A DNA stretch of 64,000 nucleotides. Origin: Acholeplasmataceae bacterium (lineage in GTDB: Bacteria > Bacillota_I > Bacilli_A > Acholeplasmatales > Acholeplasmataceae). The stretch spans positions 992,001 through 1,056,000 of the forward strand of contig OY763415.1 in the NCBI GenBank assembly GCA_963667565.1. The letters are read 5' to 3'. A program made the translations under genes and the position numbers. This document shows, piece after piece, positions 1-8,597 of this stretch (its first letter is position 1; every line of letters starts with the position of its first letter). The notes under the pieces were generated by a model. It made no database searches. It was not told the origin of the DNA and saw nothing but the letters and a program-made list of their open reading frames with translations.

Positions 1-64
1 TACCGTTGTAGCTCTCTTCACCTTTCATTTCAATAATTCTAATTTTATCTCCAATTTTAAACAT
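1..64 (-). CDS. Partial small phage protein (DUF4314-like), N-terminus only
   Basis: ATG at 64 with AGGAGG RBS; reads MFKIGDKIRIIEMKGEESYNG off the window edge. Confidence 0.6.
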   Translation of the reverse strand, partial: MFKIGDKIRIIEMKGEESYNG

Positions 65-80
65 TTCTATTACCTCCTAT

Positions 81-121
81 GGTTAGTAATATATATCACT
101 CTAAAGTCGATAAATTGCAAG
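81..121 (-). promoter_or_regulatory. Conserved phage moron promoter motif, copy 1
   Basis: Minus strand CTTGCAATTTATCGACTTTAGAGTGATATATATTACTAACC, near-identical to 5581-5620 and directly upstream of an RBS. Confidence 0.7.
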
Positions 122-144
122 AAAAAAAGCGATCGAAATCGCTC
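122..144 (-). terminator. Intrinsic terminator
   Basis: AGCGAT-TTCG-ATCGCT hairpin followed by a T tract, downstream of 164..607. Confidence 0.8.
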
Positions 145-163
145 AAATTCTATATTCTGAAAA

Positions 164-607
164 TCAATAAGTGATTGGATGTGTTATCCAAAACACCTCT
201 TCTTTTTCCTCAAGGGTGAGTTCGTTTAAATTAGATTTATTAACTCTTTCGTATAACTCTTTAATTTCACGATCAACTTGTTGAACCCATTCAACCCGAG
301 TATTTTTCTTTACTTTTTCATCCTGGATGGCTTTTTGAATAAAATCAAGCTGACCTTTTAGTGCCTCTTCAAATTCTGAAATATGGAAAAACATAGGATG
401 ACAATCAACCCAAGTTTCTTTAATAATTAAATCTTCATACTCATCAAATAAATTCTCAATTTCATCATCTAATAAATTAAATATACTTTCTTCTATTTTT
501 TGTAAATCACTGTTGGATTTGTATTTTCTCTTTTGTTTTAGTATATATATGATTTGACTGCGTTTATGAAATAACTCAAGCTCTTCATCCGTCATTGGTA
601 TAAGCAT
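164..607 (-). CDS. Hypothetical phage protein (acidic, helical)
   Basis: 147-aa ORF with RBS and its own terminator; no recognised motif. Confidence 0.65.
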   Translation of the reverse strand: MLIPMTDEELELFHKRSQIIYILKQKRKYKSNSDLQKIEESIFNLLDDEIENLFDEYEDLIIKETWVDCHPMFFHISEFEEALKGQLDFIQKAIQDEKVKKNTRVEWVQQVDREIKELYERVNKSNLNELTLEEKEEVFWITHPITY

Positions 608-654
608 TTGTTAAATCCACCTTTCAAAAGAATTTCTAGATTTTCAAAAAATCT

Positions 655-724
655 GCCTCGTGTTTTTTAATTGCCCCCTTACGCGGTACCCTTCGCAAAT
701 AAATAATTGGCATTGGGGCGGGGG
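655..724. other. Candidate cos/packaging-initiation region
   Basis: GC-rich island (gcccccttacgcggtaccc ... ggggcggggg) in AT-rich DNA downstream of HNH, the usual cos location in HNH-terminase phages. Confidence 0.45.
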
Positions 725-982
725 TTATAACCCTTTTTCCATAATTAAACTAATCATTTCTCCACAAGCAATTCTCATTTCCTCATAACTTTTATTAAAA
801 TCGCTTGTATGATATATAGGTTTATTGAACATGAACTCTCCTGGATACTCATTCATCACCTTAACTCTCAATTCGACAAATTCTTCAGTATCTACATCAA
901 AATCTAAATAACTATAGTCCTTTGTTTTTATCTTGTTAGAAAAATCTCCGACAGCTTGTAATAATTCAGCATTCAACTTCAT
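725..982 (-). CDS. Hypothetical moron protein
   Basis: 85-aa ORF with RBS and an upstream extended -10 (TGTTATAAT, 1008-1016). Confidence 0.6.
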   Translation of the reverse strand: MKLNAELLQAVGDFSNKIKTKDYSYLDFDVDTEEFVELRVKVMNEYPGEFMFNKPIYHTSDFNKSYEEMRIACGEMISLIMEKGL

Positions 983-1027
983 AAACTTTCACACCCTTTC
1001 GATTAAAATTATAACACGAATGGATGT

Positions 1028-1312
1028 TTAACTCATTATTAAATTACCATCTTCATCAAATTGCTGTGACTTTGAGAAACGCTTATGTTCTGAGTTGTGA
1101 CATTTCTTACATAGTAGTTCTAAGTTCTCCTGATTCAAACTGATTACTGGATCCTTAACGTTGTGCACTGTTAGCTTAATGATGTGATGAACTTCTTCTC
1201 CTAAAGCACCACAACGTTCACACTTTCCATTAGCATCTCGTATCTTGATTTCTCTTGCTACTTGCCATGCTACTGATTTGTAGAATCGATGTAACTCTTT
1301 AGGCTTTCTCAT
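1028..1312 (-). CDS. Phage terminase-associated HNH endonuclease
   Basis: FYKSxAW, CERC, EVHHI and NLELLCKKCHNSEH motifs. Confidence 0.92.
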   Translation of the reverse strand: MRKPKELHRFYKSVAWQVAREIKIRDANGKCERCGALGEEVHHIIKLTVHNVKDPVISLNQENLELLCKKCHNSEHKRFSKSQQFDEDGNLIMS

Positions 1313-2429
1313 ATAACTTTCTCAATTCGGTTATCTTATCATCCACATGTTCCCAGCGGACATCTAAATCTTCACGACCAAAGTGTCCATACTTTGCTAA
1401 CTCCTGGAACTTAACTTTATCAAGGTTGAGTTCTTTTCTTATGCTTTCTGGTCTAAAATCAAATACATAATTTACCAGCGCTTGTATCTCTTCATCAGAT
1501 GTAGCACCAGTATCAAAAGTATTTACTAAAACACTCACCGGTTCTGCTACTCCAATAACGTAACTCAGGTGAACCTCGCAGTGTGTGGCCAAACCTGCGC
1601 CTACAACGGCTTTTGCTACGTATCTGGCATAATAAGCCGCACTACGATCAACCTTGCTTACGTCCTTGCCAGAAAAGGCTCCTCCGCCATGTCTAGCATA
1701 ACCACCATAAGTATCAACAATAATCTTTCTACCAGTTAATCCAGAATCAGCATAAGGACCACCAATCACAAACTCTCCAGTAGGATTGATTAACACTTCT
1801 GCATCAACTATTGTATCAAAGTCAAAGACTTTAGTTAAGACTTCGTTAATGATGAGATCCTCATATAACTCTTTCTTAATCCATGGTTTGGTTTGAGCAG
1901 ACACAACGATTGTTAGTACTTTCTTTGGTCTACCATTCTTGTATGCTACAGACACCTGACACTTCCCATCTGGTCCAAAGATATGTGCATATTTCTCTTT
2001 ACGAATCTTATCCATCTCTTTTGATATTTGATTCGCTAACATGATCGGTAATGGCATAAACTCTTGTGTTTCATTACAAGCATAACCAAACATAATGCCC
2101 TGATCACCTGCTCCTTGTTCATGTGATTCGGTTGAATTTACACCTAGAGCGATATCAGCTGATTGCTTGGATATCTTTTCCATAACAACAAACTCATCTT
2201 CATAACCTATCTCTTTGAGTTTTCGTTTTGCAATATCTGCATAATCTACTTTCGCAGTAGTTGTGACCTCTCCAAAGACAAATACTAAATCATCTTTGAT
2301 TGCTGTTTCAACTGCTACTCGAGCATTTATATCTTGTTCTAAAATAGCATCTAGTATAGCATCACTGATTTGATCACAGACCTTATCCGGATGTCCACTA
2401 AATACGGATTCACTTGTTATTACTTGCAT
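1299..2429 (-). CDS. metK: S-adenosylmethionine synthetase (prophage-borne)
   Basis: SESVxxGHPDK, GAGDQG, GLTGRKIIVDTYGG and GGGAFSGKD motifs. Confidence 0.97.
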   Translation of the reverse strand: MQVITSESVFSGHPDKVCDQISDAILDAILEQDINARVAVETAIKDDLVFVFGEVTTTAKVDYADIAKRKLKEIGYEDEFVVMEKISKQSADIALGVNSTESHEQGAGDQGIMFGYACNETQEFMPLPIMLANQISKEMDKIRKEKYAHIFGPDGKCQVSVAYKNGRPKKVLTIVVSAQTKPWIKKELYEDLIINEVLTKVFDFDTIVDAEVLINPTGEFVIGGPYADSGLTGRKIIVDTYGGYARHGGGAFSGKDVSKVDRSAAYYARYVAKAVVGAGLATHCEVHLSYVIGVAEPVSVLVNTFDTGATSDEEIQALVNYVFDFRPESIRKELNLDKVKFQELAKYGHFGREDLDVRWEHVDDKITELRKLYEKA

Positions 2430-2455
2430 TAAACTTCATCTCCATTTTTGTAATT

Positions 2456-2487
2456 AAAAAGGAGCTATCCGCTCCTTAGTTTTTTTT
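2456..2487. terminator. Intrinsic terminator (possibly bidirectional)
   Basis: aaggagc-tatcc-gctcctt hairpin flanked by A and T tracts. Confidence 0.75.
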
Positions 2488-3796
2488 AATCTGTAATAAT
2501 TACTTCGTCTGCTTTTCGAATATAGTCAAAATTCAAATATTCATAACTATGGTTTCCCCAACCTGTAGCTACTTTAACCATATTATTTACTTCTTTTACC
2601 TCTTCAACTGTAACTGTAATAGTAGACCAAAAATTGTACCATGGTCTATTAGGGTCTGGAATATTTTTTGTTACATTTTCATAGTAAGTGAATGTTTTGT
2701 AACCATATCCAACCATAGCATGTCCACTTTCATGTTCTTCATACTCCCATTCATCTTTATAACTTAAATTGTCACTTGGTAACTCATTTAATTTATAGTC
2801 ACTTGCAGAAATATATACTGGATAATTGTTTAAAATAGCTGATTTTAAGTCGGAGAATTCAGAAAGTCTATTAAATTCGATACTATACCCTTTATCTTCA
2901 ACATATTTTCTAATTCCAGATAATGCTTCACTAAATATCCATGTATTTACGGTTCCACTCCCCCAACTATTTGTTCCCATTAAATCATATAGTTCAGATA
3001 CTAAATCTCTAGATTCAACTGTATTTAATTGTGTGCTGTCAATCACATTTTCTGTTACAGTATAGCTATAATATCCGATATAGGGATGATATCCACTTAC
3101 TGTTTTAGTAGTGGTGGTGTAGGCTGAATAACTTGGTATTAAATCTTCAAAATAGAAATCGTAATACATAATAATCGCTGCGCCAGCTGTTGGAGAGCAA
3201 TGATTTGTTAAATTATAGCTACCACCGCTTGTGTAAGAGGTACTAATTAATGGAAACGGTTCATCTAATGTATGTAATGAAGATATAGACACTCTAGAAA
3301 ATGAGATATCATCTCTTCCTGTTTCCCATTCAGTCAATTCTTGATTTTCTAATTCAATAATTAATTGTTGAAATTCATAGTAGCTTAAATTGATATCATA
3401 ATACCTATTTATATACTCTCCATATTCGTTTTCTTCAAAATATAGATGAATACCCAAATAATAATTGATTGTATCAGCATTCTGATAAGGTGAATTTTCA
3501 TTGGAAATAATTTCAATTAGTGATATTGTTTCATTAATTTCTTCTTTGATAATCATATAACCATACATCTCATTGTTGCTGTAAGTATAGATATATCCAT
3601 ATAAATTATTATGGTAGTCATATAATAATTCAGATTCATATGATAAGCTATCAATCATCATTGATTCTTCGCTTGCATAATCACTAAGTGAATTATAAAA
3701 AAACAAATCTACTTTACTCTCAGATGCAAAAACATTTGTTGTACCAAAAATAATAAAACTAATACAAAGCATTGATGTTATTATAATTTTTTTCAT
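2486..3796 (-). CDS. Secreted papain-like cysteine peptidase (C39/C10-like)
   Basis: Signal peptide ending VFA; catalytic-like NHCSPTA, GHAMVGYGY and ATGWG motifs. Confidence 0.7.
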   Translation of the reverse strand: MKKIIITSMLCISFIIFGTTNVFASESKVDLFFYNSLSDYASEESMMIDSLSYESELLYDYHNNLYGYIYTYSNNEMYGYMIIKEEINETISLIEIISNENSPYQNADTINYYLGIHLYFEENEYGEYINRYYDINLSYYEFQQLIIELENQELTEWETGRDDISFSRVSISSLHTLDEPFPLISTSYTSGGSYNLTNHCSPTAGAAIIMYYDFYFEDLIPSYSAYTTTTKTVSGYHPYIGYYSYTVTENVIDSTQLNTVESRDLVSELYDLMGTNSWGSGTVNTWIFSEALSGIRKYVEDKGYSIEFNRLSEFSDLKSAILNNYPVYISASDYKLNELPSDNLSYKDEWEYEEHESGHAMVGYGYKTFTYYENVTKNIPDPNRPWYNFWSTITVTVEEVKEVNNMVKVATGWGNHSYEYLNFDYIRKADEVIITD

Positions 3797-3805
3797 TTTT
3801 TCCTC

Positions 3806-4348
3806 CTATATCTCTCTTCCTATAAACACTAAAATCCAAACAAGTATAATAAAAGCTGTAAAGAATAAATAAGCAACATTTAATATAATAAACTTAGTTG
3901 AAACAAATTTATTTACTATTTTGGACAGATAGTATTCAATCACAAAATTCACTATAAACGATCCAATTCCAACAAAAACAATAATACCAATTATAATAGG
4001 AAATACAATATTTTCATTAGATGTATTTATCATTAAAGCAATTGTTTGATTAATAAGTAAAAGAATTATTGTAATATATGATATTTTTTGTAAAAATCTA
4101 TACCCTTTTACATAAGTTTTGCTAGTTGAATATTTGTCTATTCTGTTACCATTTAAAATTTCATTTATCGAAATATCATAAATCAAACTTAAGTCTTCTA
4201 GAATTTCAATATCCGGTATTCCATTTCCGGTTTCCCACTTACTAATTGCTTGTGTTGTAATGTTAAGTTTATCTGCTAACATTCTTTGACTTAAATTTGA
4301 GTCTTCTCTTAAAGTTTTCAAGAATATCCCAACTTTTTCTTTCTCCAT
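3806..4348 (-). CDS. XRE-family HTH regulator with C-terminal transmembrane helices
   Basis: LSQRMLADKLNITTQAISKWETG-IPD HTH followed by about three hydrophobic segments. Confidence 0.9.
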   Translation of the reverse strand: MEKEKVGIFLKTLREDSNLSQRMLADKLNITTQAISKWETGNGIPDIEILEDLSLIYDISINEILNGNRIDKYSTSKTYVKGYRFLQKISYITIILLLINQTIALMINTSNENIVFPIIIGIIVFVGIGSFIVNFVIEYYLSKIVNKFVSTKFIILNVAYLFFTAFIILVWILVFIGREI

Positions 4349-4369
4349 ACATTCCTCCTAAATAATTTA

Positions 4370-4441
4370 TTGATAGCTATCTACCACTATTGTATATATG
4401 GAATTAAAATATGTCAATTTACTTGTAGTTGGTAGTATCAA
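4370..4441 (-). promoter_or_regulatory. Sigma70 promoter with flanking imperfect inverted repeats
   Basis: TTGACA (4412-4417), 17-bp spacer, TACAAT (4389-4394); flanked by ttgata..ctaccacta and tagttggtagtatcaa. Confidence 0.7.
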
Positions 4442-4752
4442 CGGAACGTTGATTTCTCCTTTTTTACACCTTTATGTAAGTAAGCTGTGTATCTTGCGTA
4501 ATGATATCCTTCGCTTTCAACTAGGATTCCGAAATCATGTTCATTGCTTGTTACAAAAATACAATGGAATACATCATCTTTATCGCAATACATCACATCA
4601 ATGTTTTCTTTTATAAACTCATAATCATCAAGTGGATCATGTATGAATGTTTCAAACAAATTCTCATCAATAACAATCTCTTTTTCAATGATGAATTCAT
4701 CTTGTGGAAGAAGTTCATCAGGTGTTGCTTTTCTAATAAAGTTTACTTTCAT
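4438..4752 (-). CDS. Phage protein, DUF6329-like
   Basis: GILVESEGYHYARY motif; ATG at 4752 overlaps the upstream stop (ATGA). Confidence 0.7.
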   Translation of the reverse strand: MKVNFIRKATPDELLPQDEFIIEKEIVIDENLFETFIHDPLDDYEFIKENIDVMYCDKDDVFHCIFVTSNEHDFGILVESEGYHYARYTAYLHKGVKKEKSTFR

Positions 4753-5126
4753 TTTGCTATCTCCCATGCTGTATAAACTGAACGGTATGAACAATCCCAA
4801 GTATCAAGGATTACACCATCTATACAAGCTGTAATGTGACCTGCCATTTTTAAGACGTATGTTCCTTTTGGATGCAACTTTGTAAAGTCACTACCTTTGA
4901 TTCTTGGTTCTCCTTTGATTGCTTTGAAAATCAGTCTAGGATAACCTTTCAAATAATCGTATAAGAACTTCGTAACTTTGTAACTTGAATAACCAAGTTC
5001 TCTTTTTGCTTGATTCAGTTCTCTTCTGCATTCCAAGTAATTTTTATCGGTTGCTGTTGCGATTGCTCTAACAACACAATCACCAGTTTTGATGCCTTTT
5101 GGATGAGCGTTATATTCCTTAAACAT
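4749..5126 (-). CDS. Conserved phage protein with possible Cys-His-Asp triad
   Basis: GDCVVRAI, AGHITACIDG and DTWDCS motifs; start taken at ATG 5126. Confidence 0.7.
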   Translation of the reverse strand: MFKEYNAHPKGIKTGDCVVRAIATATDKNYLECRRELNQAKRELGYSSYKVTKFLYDYLKGYPRLIFKAIKGEPRIKGSDFTKLHPKGTYVLKMAGHITACIDGVILDTWDCSYRSVYTAWEIAK

Positions 5127-5554
5127 TATAAGTCCCACCCTTCATTGAACCATTTCACAAGTTCTCTTAATGAGTCCGTTTCAAATAAAGGATCTTGAAA
5201 TACGTTTTTAATGCCGTAAACGGTATATCTACGCTTTTCCCAAGGTGAACTAATTTGAACCGTGTACTGTACTTCGTTGTTATCAAGTCTTGCAATTCTA
5301 AAATCATCGAATAATGGTCCATTCAGTGGGCAGTTGTTTTTAAACCATACATAAGTCGTCTCTAAATCAACTTTTCCACCAGCTTTGATTTTCTTGATGA
5401 TGTTTCCCATCTTCTTTGTTTTGTTCACAAGGCTTGAATCTTTACAAAACCAATCGTACCATCCTGCTTCAATTTGTACACTTACATGCTCAAAATCATA
5501 ATTGCCATTGTTAAACTTTTGAATCCATGTTGCTAAATTTTCTTTGTTTTCCAT
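5126..5554 (-). CDS. Hypothetical phage protein
   Basis: 142-aa ORF with AGGAG RBS; contains GWYDWFCKD and YVWFKNNCPL. Confidence 0.75.
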   Translation of the reverse strand: MENKENLATWIQKFNNGNYDFEHVSVQIEAGWYDWFCKDSSLVNKTKKMGNIIKKIKAGGKVDLETTYVWFKNNCPLNGPLFDDFRIARLDNNEVQYTVQISSPWEKRRYTVYGIKNVFQDPLFETDSLRELVKWFNEGWDL

Positions 5555-5580
5555 AACCTGTAGTCTCCTTATAATTTTTT

Positions 5581-5620
5581 GGTTACTACATATATCACTC
5601 TAAAGGCTCTAAATAGCAAG
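5581..5620 (-). promoter_or_regulatory. Conserved phage moron promoter motif, copy 2
   Basis: Minus strand CTTGCTATTTAGAGCCTTTAGAGTGATATATGTAGTAACC; shares a 16-bp exact core with 81-121. Confidence 0.7.
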
Positions 5621-5631
5621 TACAATTTTGA

Positions 5632-6843
5632 CTATAGTGACTTATTTTCAAAATACTCATAATCACTGAGTGGAGATTTCTTTCCATCTCTGATCAGATA
5701 GCAACCTTCATTGGAATTTTTGTGTTTGATATACCTTTTGACAATGACATCTACAAACTTCTCATCAAGCTCCATTAAATAAGATTTACGATCCAGTTGA
5801 TTAGCTGCAATCATGGTTGAACCAGAACCACCAAATAAATCGAGTATGGATTCATGACGTCTAGAGGAATTGCTGATGGCTTTACCAACTAACTCCAAAG
5901 GTTTCATGGTTGGATGTTCTTCATTTTTCTTTGGTTTGTTATATTCCCAGATGGTATCTTGAGTGCGGTCATCAACAAAGTAATGAGCAGCACCTTCTTT
6001 CCATCCATAAAGAATCGGTTCATGTCTCCAGTGATAATCTTGTCTACCAAGCACTAAAGCATTCTTAACCCAAATCAAACATTCTGCTAGTTTGTATCCA
6101 GCGTTCTTGAATGCATTTCTAAAGTTAAGTCCTTCGGTATCTGCATGACACACGTATATTGCTCCACCAGGCTTTGTATGTTCGAACATGTTTTGAAATG
6201 CGTTGAATAAAAAAAGATAGAAGGTATCATCTTGCATCTTATCGTTTTTAATCTTCCCAGCAGTACCTTCATAGTCTACATTGTAAGGCGGATCGGTAAA
6301 AAGCATATCTACTCGGTTGTTATCAAGCAATGTATCGACTTGTACTTTATCTGTTGAATCGCCACACATGATGCGATGATGACCAAGTTCATAGATGTCT
6401 CCAAGCTTTGAAAATGGTTCTTCTGGTATTTCTGCATCGACATCAAAATCATCATCAGCTGCATTATCTGGAATTAACTCTTCTAACTCCTCAAAGCCAA
6501 ACTGAAGCATATCCATATCGATATCAGCAAGCTCATCTTCAAGCTTCGATAAATCCCAAGTTGCCAGTTCAGCTGTTTTGTTGTCGGCTAAGCGAAATGC
6601 TTTGATTTGTTCGTCGTTTAAGTCATCTGCGATAATACATGGCACTTCCGTTAAACCAAGCGACACAGAGGCTTTTAAGCGGGTATGTCCGGCAATAATC
6701 ACGTTATCACTTGTAATGACGATTGGTACTTTAAAACCAAACTCTTTGATTGAGTTAGCTACTGCAGTAATCGCAGTATCATTATTTCTTGGATTGTTGT
6801 CGTACTCTTGGAGTTCCGAGACGTACTTCATCACGATATTCAT
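5632..6843 (-). CDS. ParB-like N-terminal domain fused to N6/N4 DNA methyltransferase
   Basis: NNPR and IIAGHTRL (ParB); TDPPYN, HPTMKP and LDLFGGSGST (beta-class MTase); GAGGAGG RBS before ATG 6843. Confidence 0.93.
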   Translation of the reverse strand: MNIVMKYVSELQEYDNNPRNNDTAITAVANSIKEFGFKVPIVITSDNVIIAGHTRLKASVSLGLTEVPCIIADDLNDEQIKAFRLADNKTAELATWDLSKLEDELADIDMDMLQFGFEELEELIPDNAADDDFDVDAEIPEEPFSKLGDIYELGHHRIMCGDSTDKVQVDTLLDNNRVDMLFTDPPYNVDYEGTAGKIKNDKMQDDTFYLFLFNAFQNMFEHTKPGGAIYVCHADTEGLNFRNAFKNAGYKLAECLIWVKNALVLGRQDYHWRHEPILYGWKEGAAHYFVDDRTQDTIWEYNKPKKNEEHPTMKPLELVGKAISNSSRRHESILDLFGGSGSTMIAANQLDRKSYLMELDEKFVDVIVKRYIKHKNSNEGCYLIRDGKKSPLSDYEYFENKSL

Positions 6844-7309
6844 TGATCCATTCCTCCTCGCCATTCTCTAGGCGTTTTTGCATAAGCTCTATTTCTGCTT
6901 TCTTTTCGTTATATTCGATACCAAACTTCGTAATCAACAAATACTTGATTGCTTGTACGTCTGGTGGTGATTGTTTCTTGTATTTGGTGATACGCTTTTT
7001 CGTACCTGTTTTCGTTTCTTCAATAACCGTCTGCGTTTCTTCATACTCAAAACCAATCGCACGTTGCAGCATAGCATCTAATAGTTTGTGCTTTAATGCT
7101 TCATCACCATATTGAAACGCATCATTGAATTTCGGATGTGCTTTTCTTAACTTAATGACTGTTTTATCCGTCACACCTAAATATTTAGCGATTTGAAGTT
7201 GTGTTGCACGCTTTGATACCATTTCAGATATCGCCTTAAGTTTCGTCTCAAGATGTCCAGACGCTTCCCAACGCTCATAATAATCGAGCATTTTTCCTTT
7301 CATAATCAA
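6782..7309 (-). CDS. HTH phage protein, terminase small subunit-like
   Basis: QIAKYLGVTDKTV HTH plus RAIGFEYEE and PPDVQAIKYLL; first gene after the late promoter. Confidence 0.65.
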   Translation of the reverse strand: MIMKGKMLDYYERWEASGHLETKLKAISEMVSKRATQLQIAKYLGVTDKTVIKLRKAHPKFNDAFQYGDEALKHKLLDAMLQRAIGFEYEETQTVIEETKTGTKKRITKYKKQSPPDVQAIKYLLITKFGIEYNEKKAEIELMQKRLENGEEEWINEYRDEVRLGTPRVRQQSKK

Positions 7310-7379
7310 TCACTCCAACTGTTTACATAAAACTGTAATCTATCACCAGTTGGAATACTACAAGTATCTCTGCAAAAAC

Positions 7380-7405
7380 AAAAAAGAATCCATTTCTGAA
7401 TTCTT
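7380..7405 (-). terminator. Terminator within late-operon leader
   Basis: AGAATTCA-GAAA-TGGATTCT stem-loop followed by a T run. Confidence 0.55.
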
Positions 7406-7461
7406 AATTGTTTCTAGGCTGGTCGTAAAGCCAGTATTCCCTGTTGTTTATAGCTTTGCTC

Positions 7462-7523
7462 ATTATAATACTATCACACCCTTGACAGTTTCACAATAGT
7501 TCACCCCTGCTCACCCCTGCTCA
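7462..7523 (-). promoter_or_regulatory. Activator-dependent late promoter with 10-bp-period repeats
   Basis: TGAGCAGGGG TGAGCAGGGG TGAACTATTG TGAAACTGTC at the 3' end of the activator gene; TATAAT at 7462-7467 with no consensus -35. Confidence 0.65.
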
Positions 7524-7941
7524 TTCGTACATGAGGTGTGATTTGTTCTAATGCTTGGCTATGTTTTCTTCTAACAGTTGCATATGAGCAGTACATTTCT
7601 TTTGAGATTTCACTCCAACTATACCAATCAATGTACCTAAATATCAATACACTTTTAAGTACAGTATCTTCGAGTTTTTCAATAGTGTTGATAATCTGAA
7701 CTTTTATTGTTGGTAATTGTTTTTGAAGTGCTTTAATTTTTAGTTCACAGTCTAGAGCTTTATGTATCCACTTGGTAAATGGTGCATCTAGCTTTTTCGT
7801 TCCATCTACTCGAACCTGATCGAAGTTCATACCTGGAATTGTGCTAGACATGTGATTATAGTACTCGACATCTTTTTTGAGTTTATCAATTTTTAGCATC
7901 ACATCACGATATTGCGATAGATATTCTTTTGTGTCCATCAT
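7501..7941 (-). CDS. Late transcriptional activator (RinA/ArpU/DUF1492-like)
   Basis: KEYLSQY N-terminus; C-terminal LIFRYIDWYSWSEISKEM..TVRRKHSQAL HTH; located after RusA. Confidence 0.85.
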   Translation of the reverse strand: MMDTKEYLSQYRDVMLKIDKLKKDVEYYNHMSSTIPGMNFDQVRVDGTKKLDAPFTKWIHKALDCELKIKALQKQLPTIKVQIINTIEKLEDTVLKSVLIFRYIDWYSWSEISKEMYCSYATVRRKHSQALEQITPHVRMSRGEQG

Positions 7942-8351
7942 GTTACCTCCTTAAACTTGTCTAGTACTTCAATTTCAATGGCGATACCGTTCGGATTATC
8001 AGACCATATCTTTTCCACATGTTCAACAACCACTTGTGCATCGTCAATCCAAAAACCAACTTCTGTCATGCAGTCTTTGAGCATCTTTTCCAAATTATCC
8101 GTATCTGGTCTAGTGATTCGCCATTCATAATGTTTGTGTCTTTTACCTCTTGGAAATTTCCATATCACATGAAGCTTGATTGCACCTTCTAGTGGTTTAT
8201 CAGGTTTGAATGGTCTTAGATGTTTGATGAGTGTTCGTCTAGCCTCTATCAATTTTTTAGGTTTATAGAATACTGGTTTCTTATTCACCAGCGTTACTTT
8301 ATTTTGTTGAGCTGTAATTGTTGGTGGATCTATTAGCAGAAATATTTTCAT
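7938..8351 (-). CDS. rusA: RusA-family Holliday junction resolvase
   Basis: RPDTDNLEKMLKD and FWIDDAQVV motifs. Confidence 0.9.
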   Translation of the reverse strand: MKIFLLIDPPTITAQQNKVTLVNKKPVFYKPKKLIEARRTLIKHLRPFKPDKPLEGAIKLHVIWKFPRGKRHKHYEWRITRPDTDNLEKMLKDCMTEVGFWIDDAQVVVEHVEKIWSDNPNGIAIEIEVLDKFKEVT

Positions 8352-8403
8352 AGCTGCCTCCTTTTTTTAGATTTTTAGAATTTTTAGAGTGAAGAAAGGT
8401 AGT

Positions 8404-8592
8404 GCTGACGTTGATGCGGTTGTTTGGGATAGGGCAAGGCTCGAAGCCCTATCCTACAAACGACGTGTCAGCGTGTTGGTTACGTACAACACATATATAA
8501 GGCCTTTCCGTAACATTTACAGATAGGGAATATCACCCTATTTGCACCGTAAAAGTGTAAATTTTACAGATAGGAGTTTTTTACCTTTCTGT
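8404..8592. repeat. Hairpin plus paired palindromes; candidate phage replication origin
   Basis: Nested stem (gctgac/gtcagc, gtttg/caaac, ggatagggc/gccctatcc) at 8404-8472; two ACAGATAGG-N9-CCTWTYTGY sites at 8519-8545 and 8566-8592. Confidence 0.55.
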
Positions 8593-8597
8593 ACGTA

